DNA from: Mobula hypostoma
Taxonomy: Eukaryota
Direction of reading: 5' to 3'
NCBI RefSeq assembly: GCF_963921235.1
Contig: NC_086097.1
Location: forward strand, 116,438,001-116,502,000
Length of the DNA stretch: 64,000 bases
The notes under the pieces were generated by a model. The model made no database searches. It had not been told where the DNA came from and saw only the letters and a list, made by a program, of their open reading frames with translations. Shown piece by piece: positions 36,901-48,654 of this stretch; position 1 is the stretch's first letter; the number at the start of each line of letters is the position of its first letter. A program made the translations under genes and the position numbers.

Positions 36901-37752
36901 TATTGCACCGGGCCCATATGTCAAAGGATAAACTAGCACGTATTTTCTCCAATATTAATCCTATTTGTGACAGATGTAATACTGAGCTGGCCACTTTAAC
37001 CCATATGTATTGGTCTTGTATAAAGCTAGATAACTTTTGGAGAAATGTTTATAAAACACTATCAAGAGTTTTGGATCTGGATTTATAACCTCATTTGCTT
37101 ACGGCAATTTTTGGGATTATCCCATCGGAAGCAGGAAATATTCCTGTTTCCACTCAACGTATGGTAGCCTTTTCGACCTTACTGGCTAGGAGAGCCATTT
37201 TATTGAAGTGGAACGATTCTAATCCACCTACAGTCTTTTATTGGCTCTCCTCCATTATGTCCTGTTTAAGTTTAGAGAAAATAAGAAGTTGGACATTTGA
37301 TGCATCCTTTAAATTTGAGCAAATATGGTGACCTTTTATCCAATATTTTCATTTAATTTGATTTATTACTCTTTTAATCTTTTTTTTGAAGTTTTAGATT
37401 TGATCAGAAAGTCTTTTTCTCTTCTTTTTTTAGTCATATCCTCAAAATGGACTGCCCAGTCCCTTTTTATTTGTTTTGTTTGTTCCATTTTTTTTATATA
37501 TGGTGTAGTGGTTTTCTTTTCATTTAAAACCCATTTTTTTTCCCTTTCTCCTTTTAAACTGGTAAGAGGAGAACTGTTATTTTCTTTTTTTTATTGTACA
37601 TTTTATACTAGTTTAACAATGTCTATTGTTGACTTTGACAATGTCTATTTTGATCTTGGTTACTGATATATATATTCAAACTAATTCTTCTCTTGATTGT
37701 ATTTATGTTTAAGTTTTTTTAAAATCAATAAAAAGATTAATAAAGAAAGAAA
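33998..37752 (+). mobile_element. L1/Tx1-clade LINE ORF2 pseudogene, 5'-truncated, inserted in a CR1 tail (about 33925-33997 and 37753-37935, minus)
   Basis: EN SDFNC, SRIDYF, LSDHAP; RT YRPISLLNVDFKILSKILANRL, SLDAEKAFD, RGTRQGCP, HADD; Zn finger CDRC...HMYWSC; AATAAA and A-rich tail; many stops and frameshifts. Confidence 0.95.
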
Positions 37753-37939
37753 GACCTAGTCTCAATGACCCGCACCTGGACCATACCACTCCCATCCATT
37801 TACCTGTCCAATTTTCTCTTAAATTTTGCAATCAAATCTGCATCCACCATTTCCACTGGCAGCTTACTGCACACTCGCACCACCCTCTGAGTGAGTAAGT
37901 TCACCCTCCTGTTCTCCTTAAGTATTTTATCTTTGAAGA

Positions 37940-38640
37940 TATCCGGACTAATTGCATCATGGGCTGGTATGGTATTTCATATGCGTAGGAACACAAGAAA
38001 CTAGAGTAATGGATTCAAGCCCAGTGCATCATAGGCTCATCCTTCCCCACCATTGGTAGTAACTACATTAAATACTGCCTCGGGAAGGCAGCACCTGTCA
38101 TAAAAGATCTGCACCATCCTGGTGATACAGAGATGGTAGAGAAGCAAGATTTCCAACTCCACCAGGTTCAATTATGACTGCTTCTCTTCAGCCTTTTGGT
38201 TTTTGAACCAATTTGCACAATTCTAATCACTACCTCAGCATAGCAGAATTGTGACTACTTTCAAACAAGGGAAAATCTGTGGGTGCTACAAATCCAGGTA
38301 ACATACACAAAGTGCTGTTGGAACTCAGCAGGCCAGGCAACATCTGTGGAGAAGAGTACAGTCGATGCTTTGGTCTGTAACATGGATATACTCTTTTCTG
38401 CAAATGCTGCCTGGCCTGCTGAGTTCCTCCAGCATTTTGTGACTGTGTGTCTGTGACTGTTTTAGCCACTTTTCATGACAATTGTCTTTTATTGGTCTAT
38501 TTGTTCTGTTTTGTAAAAGATTATGTTTAATTTATATTTTTCTTGTGAACACTGCTTATCTGATGCTATGTACCTGTGATGTTGCTGCAACTGTCCAGGC
38601 AAGTACTGTCTATGGCAATAAATTTGATTTTGACTTTAGC
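37940..38640 (+). mobile_element. Degenerate Rex1-like 3' fragment containing a PLE fold-back
   Basis: AATTGCATCATGGGCTGGTATGG, CACCAGGTTCAA; tail CAATAAATTTGATTTTGACTTT. Confidence 0.6.
38263..38441. repeat. Fold-back element of inverted PLE terminal repeats
   Basis: Arms 38306-38358 and 38389-38441 are near reverse complements. Confidence 0.85.
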
Positions 38641-38744
38641 GTCACAAATCAACATTGAGTACAGTGTATTGTTTCAGAGGTGATCAAACATGGTTGTCAA
38701 AAGCAGGCATCTGGTAGTGACTTGTAATAAAATGTTCCAGCAGT

Positions 38745-39060
38745 TCAAAGCTCAAAGTAAATTTATTATCAAAGTATTTATATGTCACCTTATACATTCC
38801 TGAGATTTAACTTCTTGCTGGCACTCAGAGTAAATGCAAAGAAACACAAAACTCTACACAACAGAGATGGACAAACAATATACAAAATAGGTAGATAGAT
38901 AGATAGATTAATAAATAATAAGTTGTGGAGTCCTTGAAGGTGAGTCCATAGGTTGTGGAATGTGTGAAGTTGTCCACACTGGTTCAGGTGCCTGATGGTT
39001 GAAGCTGTTCCTGAAACTGGTGATGTAGGGCCTAAGATTACTGTACATCCTTCCTGCAAT
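38745..39060 (-). mobile_element. Rex1 3' UTR fragment; paralogous segment at about 40550-40872
   Basis: TCAAAGTAAATTTATTATCAAAG tail; TSFRNSF motif. Confidence 0.75.
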
Positions 39061-39299
39061 GCTATTCCTTAATCCTTGGGAAATATAGAATAAAAATATC
39101 CTTGGTGGTTTTGCAAGGAAAAATAGTATTTTGATTCTGCTAATCAATATTTTTGAGCTGAACAGACAATCTTATCTTAACAAGAAAAATGACCTTTAAG
39201 AAAGTAATATTTCTTTCCTCAGACCTACATAACAAAAGCCAGCATGTTGTATATCTCAGGCAAGGATGTTTCCCCTCATGTCCTCCTGAAATCCTCCTG

Positions 39300-39642
39300 T
39301 GTATAAGCTGATGAGAGGCACTGATCGTGTGGATAGTCAGAGGTTTTTTTCCCAGGGCTGAAATGGCTAACATGAGAGGGAACAGTTTTAAGGTGCTTGG
39401 AAGTAGGTACAGAGAAGATGTCAGGGGTAAGTTTTTTTAACGCAGAGAGCGGTGAGTGCAAGGAATGGGCTGCCGGTGGTGGTGGTGGAGGCATATACAA
39501 TAGGGTCTTTTCAGAGACTCCTGGACAGGTACATGGAGCTCAAAAAAATAGAGGGCTATGGTTAACCGTACATGTTTGGCACAGCATTGTGGGCCGAATG
39601 GTCTGTATTGTGCTGAGGGTTTTCTATGTTTCTATGTTTCTA
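39300..39642 (+). mobile_element. CR1 3' fragment
   Basis: GTGGATAGTCAGAGGTTTTTTCCCAGGGCTG; TTTCTATG tail. Confidence 0.85.
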
Positions 39643-39789
39643 TACCTCATAGAACAAAAGCATACTACTGTTGTTGAGCTACTGGAACTCCCTGATGTAT
39701 ATTTCCATCTAGCATTGTTTAAAGGAACATTTATTTTAACATAATGCTGATGATGAATTCATATGTTAATACACAATGGAAGGCTATTG

Positions 39790-40530
39790 TCATGGGGAAA
39801 AGATATTCTAAAGGGCTGATACCCGCTGCTCCAGAGAAGTGGGGGAGGTTTAAACTAGAGTTGCATGGGGATGGGAACCAGAGCACTGGGGCAGATGGTG
39901 GAGTGGTTGTGGGGAAAATAGATTCTAAGCGTAGATACAAAGTTAGGAATCAAAAGATTGTGCATTGTGGGAATAATGTTCTGAATTGCATGTATTTCAA
40001 TGCTAGGAGTACTGAAGGTAGGCAGATGAGCTAAGAGCATGGACCAGCACATAGGATAATGATATTGTAGCCGGTAGTGACACATGGTTTCAGGAAGGAC
40101 AGAACAGCCAGCTCACCTTTCAGGGTTCCACTGATTTAGACTTGATAGTATCTACACATAGAGCAAAGCATGGTCTACATCCACATTAAAGAAGTGGAGG
40201 ACATTGGTGTCTTGAAGAAAATTAGGGTGGATAAATCCCAAGGGGCTGACGAAATGGTCTTCAGACCTTGAGGGAGGCAAGTACAGAAATTGCATGAGCC
40301 CAGGAAGAGATATTTAAAATTTCCTTAGCCATATGTGAGGTGCTGTAGGACTAGAGGATAGCTAATCATCTTCTGTTGTTCTAGAATGTCTCAAAGAATA
40401 TGCCAGGAAACTGGAGGCCTGAAAGCCTGTTGACAGTAGTGGGTAGATTATAGGAAGGCATTCCAAGAGACAAATATATACTTGGATAGATAGGGCTAGG
40501 TAACGTTGCTTTGTCAGTGATAGGTTATGT
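39790..40530 (+). mobile_element. Degenerate CR1 pieces (ORF1 end, ORF2 EN start, RT start)
   Basis: GRFKLELHGDGNQ, LNCMYFNARS, GTGGATAAATCCCAAGGGGCTGAC. Confidence 0.7.
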
Positions 40531-40874
40531 GTAACCAAACAAGAAATTCCTTTCTTGCTGGCATTCTGAGTCTGAGTAAATGCAAAGAAACACAAAAACT
40601 AGACACAATAAATTGTGCAAATGCAAATAAACAAACAAACAAGCAAACAAAGAAATGAATGAATGGATAGACAAATAGATAAATAATAAGTTGTAGAGTT
40701 GTAGATTCCTTGAAAGTGAGTCCTTAAGTTGTGGAATCAGTTCAGTCTTCAGTTGTATGAAGTTATCCACACTGGTTCAGGTGCCTGATGGTTGAAGCTG
40801 TTCCTGAAACTAGTGATGTGGTGACCTAGCATTCCTGTACATCCCTCCTGCAATACTGTTCCTTAATCCTTGGC

Positions 40875-43800
40875 CTTCACAGCTGCCCATGGCGAAGAAT
40901 TCCACAGCTTCACTACTCTCTGGCTAAAGAAATTCCTTCTCATCTTTGCTTGAAAAGGACACCGCTCTATTCTGAAGCTGTGTCCTCTGGTCTTCGAGCC
41001 ACCATAGGAAGCATCCTCTCCACATCCACTCTAACATGGTCTTTCACCATTCAATAGGTTCTAATGTGGTCACCTTCATTCTTCTGAATTCTAGTGAATA
41101 CAGGCCCATCAAAAGCTTTTCATGTGACGAGTCATTCAATCCTAAAATCATTTTCCCTTGAACCCTCTCCAATTTCAGCTCATCCTTTCCAAGATAAGGG
41201 GCCAAAACCTGCTCACAATACTCCACATGAGGCTTCACCAGTGCTTTATAAGGTTTCAAAATTACATACTTGATTTCATATTCTAGTCCTCTTGAAATTA
41301 ATGCTAACATTACATTTCCCTTCCTCACCACAGACTCAACCAGCAAATTAACCCTTAGGATATCCTGCACAAGAACTCCCAAGTCCCTTTGCACCTCAGA
41401 CTTTTTTTGTATTTTCCCTCTACTTAGAAAATAGTCAATCCTTTCATTTCTTCTACCAAAGCGCATGACCATACACTTTGCGACACAGTATTTCATCTGC
41501 CACTTCTTTGCCCTTTCTCCTAAACTAAGTCCTTCTGTAGCTTCTCTACTTCCTCAAAACAACCTGCCCCTCCACCTGTCTCATGTCATCTGCAAAATTT
41601 TCAACAAAGCCATCATTTAAATCATCGACATATAACGTAAAAAGAATTAGTCCAAACACAGACCCAGGTGGAACACCACTAATCTCCAACAGCCGATAAG
41701 AATAGGATTACTTTATCCCACACTTTGCTGTCTGCCAATCAGCCACAGATTTATCCATGATGGAATCTTTCCTGTAATACCATGAGCTCATAGCTTATTA
41801 AGCAGCCTCATGTGTGGCACCTTGTCAAAGGCCTTCTGAAAATCCAAGTGCACAATATCAACTGATTCTCCTTTGTTTACTCTTCTCTTCTTGTTACTTC
41901 TTCAAAGAATTCCAACAGATTTGTCGGGCAAGATTTTCCCTTGAGGAAACCATGCTGACTAGGGCCTATTTTATTATGTACCTCCAAGTACCTTGATACC
42001 TCATCCTTAATAATATAATCAAATGCAACAACTTCGCAACCACTGAGGTCAGAGCAATAGGCCTTTAATTTCCTTTCTTCAGCCTCTCTTTCTTCTTGAA
42101 GAGTGGAGTGACATTTGCAATTTTCCAGTCTTCCAGAACCATTCCAGGATCGAGTGATTCTTGAAAGATCATTACTAAAGCCTCCACCATCTCTTCAGCC
42201 ACCTCTTTCAGAACTCTGGGGTGTACACCATCTGGTCCAGGTGACTTATCTACATTCAGACCTTTCAGTTTCCCAAGAACCTTCTCTCTAGTTATGGTAA
42301 CTACACAAATTTCATGATCACTGATATCTGGAACTTCCACCATACTGCTAGTGTCTTCCATAGTGAAGACTGATGCAAAATACCTATTCAGTTCATCCAC
42401 ACTTTCGTTGCCCCCCGCCCCCATTACTATATCTCCTGCAACGTCTTCCGGTGGTCCGATATTGACTCTCGCCTCGCCTTTACACTTTATGTATCTGGAG
42501 AAACTTCTGGTATCCTCTTTAATATTATTGGCTAGTTTACTCTCGTATTCCATCTTTACCTTCTTAATGACTTTATACATGTTTTTTAAAAGCTTTCCAA
42601 TCCTCTAACACCCCACTATTTTTTGCTCTATTATATGCCCTCTCTTTGGCATTTATGTTGGCTTTGACTTCTCTTGTTAGCCACAGTTGCGTCATCTTCC
42701 TTTAGAATACGTCTTCCTAATCGGAATGTATATATCTTGTGCCTTCTGAATTGCTTCCAGAAACTCCAGCCATTACTGTTCTGCCATCATCCCTGCCAGT
42801 GTCTTTTCAAATCAATTCTGGCCAACACCTTTCTCATGGCTCTGTAATTCCTTTTACTCACTGTAATACTGATACAGCTGACGTTAGCTTCTCCTTCTCT
42901 AAATTCAGAGTGAGTTCGATCATATTATGAACACTTGCTGCTAAAGGTTCTTTTACCATAATCTATCTCATCAATTCTAGTTCATTGCCCAACACTCAAT
43001 CAAAAATAACTGATCCTCCAGCTACTCTAAAAAGACATCTCATAGGCACTCAAGAAATTCCCCCTCCTGTAATCCAGCACCAATCTGATTTTCCCAATCT
43101 ACCTGCATATTGAAATCCCCCATGACTACAGTAACATTGAACTTTTGTCATGCATTTTCTTTCTCCCATTGTAATTTGTAGGCTACATCCTCACTGTTGT
43201 TTGGGAACTTGTATACAACTCCTATCAGGGTCTTTTTACTCTTGCAGTTCCTAAGCTCTACCCACAATCATTCAACACCTTCCAACCCTATGTTACCTCT
43301 TTCTAAAGATATGATTTCATTTTTTACCAACAGAACAATCCCGCCCCCTCTGCCTTCCTGCCTGTCCTTTCAATACAATGTGAATCCTTGGATATGAAGC
43401 TCCCAGCTGCAATCTTCCAGCATGATTCAGTGATGCCTAGAACATCAATCTTGCCAATGTGCAACTACCTTGCTAGTTCATCTACCTTATTCCATATACT
43501 GCATGCATTCAGATACAATACCTTCAGTCCTGTATTCACTCTTTTTGATTTTGTCCACCTTTTACATTGCAACTCATCTTACTTCAATTTTGCTCTATCA
43601 ACAGTCCCTCCTCACTACACCTTGCCTCTTTTTGTAACCTAGCTACCTCATTTTCAGCACTATTATCTGCCTTTCCAACGATACTTCTTGCATTGAAAAA
43701 CAGGCAGCTCAGGACACTAACCACACCTTGATCAACCTTTTAATTCCTGACTTTGTCTGAAGTCCTACCAACATCTGCCTCCCGCAAACTCTCCACCAAC

Positions 43801-44720
43801 TGTTCTAGTTCCCATCCCTTGCAACTCTAATTTAAACCCCACCATGCAGCAATAACAAGCCTCCCCACTAGTATATTAGACCCCTCCAATTCAGGTGAAA
43901 ACTGTCTCTTCTATACAGATCCCACCTTTCCTGGAAATAATCCAAAAATCTTAAGCTTTCCCTCCTACACCAACTCCTTAGCCACCTATTAAACGTTTAA
44001 TATTCCTAGTTCTGGCCTCTCTAGCATGTGATACAGGTAGCAATCCTGAGATCACAGCCCCGGAAGTCCTGCACTTTAACTTAGCATGTAACTCCCTGAG
44101 CTCCCTATGCTAACATTCATCACCCATCCTACTCCAGTCTTTGGTACCTACATAGACTACGATTTCTGGCTGTTCACCCTTGCTCTTAAGAATGCTGAGG
44201 ATGTGATCAGAGATGTCCCGGATCCTGGCACCCAGGAAGCAACCTACCATCCAGGAATCTGGTTCCTGCCCACAGAACCTTCTGTCTATTCCCCTAACTA
44301 AACCCGTATCACCACAGTGTGCCTCTTCCTCCCCCTTCTCTTCTGAGTCACGGAGGCAGACTCAGCGCCAGAGACCTGACTACTGTGACTTTCCTCTGTT
44401 AGGTCATCCCTCCCAACAGTATCCAAAGTGATATACCTGTTGTTGAGGGGGATGGCCACAGGGATACTCTGCACTGGCTCCTTAACTATTTTTCCCTTCC
44501 TGACTGTCATCCAGTTTCCTGTGTCCTGGGCCTTGGGTGTAACTACCTCTTTATATGTCCTATCTATCATCCCTCCAGCCTCCTGAATGATCTGCAGTTC
44601 ATCCAGTTTCAGCTCCATCTCCTTAACGCGATTTTTCAGAAGCTGCAGCTGGATGTGCTTCTCGAAGTTGTAATCATCATGGAGGTCTCCCTGCCTTCCC
44701 ACATCCCACAAGAGAATATT
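40875..44720 (-). mobile_element. Near full-length degenerate CR1 (ORF1 and ORF2); 5' UTR may extend to about 45190
   Basis: ORF1 IQLQLLKNRVKEMELKLDEL...PVAIPLNNRYITLDTV; ORF2 YESKLANNIKED, KSPGPDGVHPRVLKE, LVKPHVEYCEQ. Confidence 0.93.
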
Positions 44721-45556
44721 TCACTATCCTACCTGTCATCCCTACCTGTCCTAGCTGAGCAGATATAAAGAAGAGAAGGAAAAAACGTGAAATGTTCTTT
44801 CCTTTGCTTTCTCTGAGTGAAGCCTCTCCTCACTGAAGCCTTGAAAAGCTAAAGCCTTAAGATCATCACTCTGTGCCCACACAGATGATGGCTGCTCTGC
44901 TTCCTCCTGTCTTTCTTTAATTTGTCCTTTCTAATCAATCCCAAATGCCCATTGGTTGCTGGTCAAAGCTCTATTACACTGCCACTACCCACTCCTGCCT
45001 TTTATCCCTGGGCAGTGAACCAGATTGAAGTCCCCAAACTTCCAAAGTCTGAACTGGCCTCTGGTCAAAGCATTATTATGCAGCCACAACCAGCTCAGTG
45101 GACCTAATTGAAGTCCCCTTCTCTCCGATATCTGGATTTGCCGCTGGTCAAAGCTCTGTTCATTTCTGTGACAGGTGTCTCCCTTCGAGTCCAAAATTTA
45201 TTGTTGTCAAAACAAAAAAAAAGTACACTTGCTGAAAATGTAAAGAACAAGAAAAAAACCGCAGAAAATTAGGCAAAATCTTTTTACAGAAAAAAGAGAT
45301 AATTTTCCATATTGATAAACTTTCATCAGAAATGGGAGAAGTTAGAACTCAAACTTGCTTAAGCTTAGAGAAAGGGGAAAACAGGAGAAAGGCAAAGGGA
45401 ATGCCTGTAGTAAAGTGGAAACAAAGAGAGACCAAATGGCACGAGTTGTGGGGACTGAGGTAAATGGCAGAGAGTGGCATGAGTTTCTTAATTGCAGACA
45501 ATCTGCCTGGTGGAGATAATAGATTTAAATTAAGAATTTAATTAAACAAGTAAACT

Positions 45557-46500
45557 AGATAGATAGATACTTTGTTGATCCCAAAGGAAATTAGTGTCAC
45601 AGTGGCATTACAAGTGCACAGATCTACAAATATACAAATACCAAAAGAGAAGTAAGAAAGAATAAAAAATAAGTTATCTCAAGCAGTCTAACAGGAGGGG
45701 GTCATCACTTCCCCGGCTATAGGTTGACTCATTATAGAGCCCAATGGCTGAGGGTAAGAATGACCTCATATAGCGCTCTTAGGATCAGCGCAGGTGTCTT
45801 AGTCTATTACTAAAAGTGCTCCTCTGTTCAGCCAAGCAGGCAGGCAGGTGGTGAGAAACATTGTCCTGAATTACCAGGGTTTTTCCATAGGGTCCCTTGT
45901 TCTACTACAGCTTCCAGTGTGTCCAGTTTGACTCCTATAACAGAGCCAGCCTTTCTAATCAGTTTACTGAGTCTGTTGCCATCACCCATGCTGATGTCAT
46001 TGTCCCAGGACACCACTGCATGGAAGATTGACCTGGCGAAAACAGACTGGTAGAACATGTGAATGAGAGGCTTGCACACTCCAAGACTGTCATCCAGGTG
46101 CACCCCCAGGTACTTGTAGGTCTTCACCACATTCACATTCTCACCATCAATAGTAACAGGGAGCAGTGAAGGCTTAGCCTTCCTAAGGCCGATCACCATC
46201 TCCTTTGTCTCACTGATGTGGAGCTGCAGATGATTCAGCTTGCACCATTCAGGGCCCTGTATTCATTCCCATCCTCCTCCTTTTATGCACCCAACTAGTG
46301 CTGAGTCGTCAGAGAATTTCTGTAGTTGACATGACTCAGTGTTGTACCTAAAGTCCAAGGTGTACAGGGTAAACAGGAAGGGAGATGATACAATCCCCTA
46401 TTGGGCCCCAGTGCTGCCTATAGCCATGTCTGACACAGAGCTCTGAAGCCACACAAGATATGGTCTGTCAGTCAGTTGGTCCATTATCTGAGATACAATG
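45557..46500 (-). mobile_element. Rex1/Babar-type LINE fragment (different subfamily)
   Basis: PVTIDGENVNVVKTYKYLGVHLDD...MFYQSVFARSIFHAVVSW; QKFSDDS motif near 46305-46325; GATA repeats at the tail. Confidence 0.85.
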
Positions 46501-46674
46501 AAACCCTGAATAATACAAGGTCACAGAGAACAGAAAACTTCAGCCTGAAACACTCCAAACTAGGATCAACATTGACCAAGCACAGAGGAGATAGCATTGC
46601 CCATTTAAATGAATTCATGCCCTGCTAACTAACCCCCCAAAATCAGACAAAACAATAAATTCAAAAAGTCAACA

Positions 46675-46820
46675 AACATGAGAAAATCTACAGATGCTGG
46701 AAATCCAAAAAAACATACATCAGTCCTGTTGAAGGGCCTTGGCCAGAAACATCGACTGTACTCTTTTCCATAGATACTGCCTGGCCTGCTGAGTTCCCCC
46801 AGAATTTTGTTTGTGTTAAC
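46675..46820 (+). mobile_element. PLE terminal repeat with short inverted extension and hammerhead motif (46721-46758)
   Basis: CAGTC CTGTTGA AGGGCCTTGGCCA GAAA C ATC GACTG. Confidence 0.78.
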
Positions 46821-47494
46821 CAAAAATTCAAACAAGTGTACAAGTTAATGAGAGGCCAATGCAAATGATACAAAAACATGAGAACATCGTATAAAATAAA
46901 GAAGCTATTAAAGTTAGCACATGCAAGGTCATGGCGAGCGTTCACGGAAAACAAAATTGGAAACAGTTACAAAAATAGACACGTCCCAAAGCAAAACAAT
47001 CATTAATTCTCTAATAAAAAAACAATGAAAATGTGTAAAAAAAAAACATGAATCCTCATAAGCCGTGATTAGCAACTCAAGGTTGTGACATATGTGTCAA
47101 GTTAGAAGACGGTGATGTGATTTTCTCAAACTTACACTGAGGTCTATCTATCTTAGCTTACCATATACTTCACAAAACTCACAATCATTCTCCTAATGAG
47201 GGAACTATAATCATAGGATAGAGCCACTCATTACAGAAGGACGTAGAAGTTTTAGAAGGAGTGTAGAGTTGATATAAATGGATGGCTCTCTGTCATAATT
47301 ATGATTCTCTCCTTTCAAGTCCTTCGTCGCAGAATCTACTGGAACAATCCTGTCCAAGAATTGTATGTTTCTATTTGAAGAATCCTTATTCATCAAAATA
47401 TCTGTTATCCTCTGCCTAAATCTCTCAATCTAATTTAATCTCTTCATTCCAAGAAACAACCTTGTGAACCATCTTTTCTAAAGCAAGACGGTAC

Positions 47495-48288
47495 CTGCTT
47501 TAAACAAGGAGACAAGGTAGATTAACTTGGATTGTTTACCTTGGAGGAGAAGATGCTGAGGGGGAGACCCTGATGGAAGCTCATAAAATTATGAGAGGCA
47601 TAGACAAAGTGTGTTGGCGTGTGGCCAAGTGGTTAAGGTGTTCGTCTAGTGATTTGAAGGTCGCTAGTTCGAGCCTTGGCTGAGGCAGTGTGTGTGTCCT
47701 TGAGCAAGGCACTTAACCACACATTGCTCTGCGACGACACTGGTGCCAAGCTGTATGGGTCCTAATACTCTTCCCTTGGACAACATTGGTGGTGTGGAGA
47801 GGGGAAACTTGCAGCATGGGCAACTGCTGGTCTTCCATACAACCTCGTCCAGGTCTACACCCTGGAAACCTTCCCAGGCGCAAATCCATGGTCTCATGAG
47901 ACTAACAGATGCCTATAAGATAGACAGCCGGTATCTTTATTTCTAGGGTCAAAGTGTCTAATGCAAGATGGCAGGCATTTAAGGTTGGGGGAGGGGGAGG
48001 AAGTTCAAAAGAGATGTACAGAGCACTTCTCTTCCACATGCCTTACCACATACATATTGCTGGGTACCTGGAGTGCTTCTTCTGCTGTAGTAGTAATGAC
48101 AAATATGAAAGAATCCTAAAGGTGCTCTTAGGCAGGCACATGAATGTGCAGTGAATAGAGGGATATGGACATTGTGTAGTCAGAAGGGATTAGCTTAGTT
48201 AGGCATTTAATTACTAGTTCAATTAGTCTGGCATAGTGTCATGGGCTTAGGAGCCTGTTGGTGCTGCACTGTTCTATGCTCTATGCTT
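47495..48288 (+). mobile_element. CR1 3' fragment interrupted by a SINE
   Basis: GAAGATGCTGAGGGGAGACC...ATGAGAGGCATAGAC, then SINE, then TAGACAGCC...; TTCTATGC tail. Confidence 0.75.
47612..47917 (+). mobile_element. tRNA-derived CORE-type SINE
   Basis: A box TGGCCAAGTGG, B box AGTTCGAGCC, CORE-like GTGTCCTTGAGCAAGGCACTTAACC. Confidence 0.8.
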
Positions 48289-48654
48289 TATACTCCAAGT
48301 GGCTATCTCCAAAACTTTGCACAGTTGTGCTCGACATCTCTTGAAAACAAGGCCAGCATTCTATTTGCCTTTTAAATTACTTGCTGTAATTGCATGCTAT
48401 GTTTGTATTTCTTGTATATAGGCATTTAAATCTCTCTGAATGTCAGCAGTCATTCGTCCCTATGAAGCAGCAGCTGATGATAAACCAATGGTTCTGTAGA
48501 TAACTGCTGACTTACTGCCCTGAGTGGATTCTATAGTTACACACCTACACACTGCTGTTCAGGAATACGATGTATCCACATCAGACTTCTCATCCCATGT
48601 TTGGATTAAGCTTTGAATTCATGGGCTTTTGATTATGGCCTGAATTGGTAGGTC

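Noticed and set aside
34007..37331. Intact L1 ORF2 or domesticated gene
   Set aside because: Broken by many stops and frameshifts; catalytic motif reads HADD.
47612..47690. tRNA gene
   Set aside because: A and B boxes continue into a CORE-like domain and LINE-like tail inside a CR1, so this is a SINE head.
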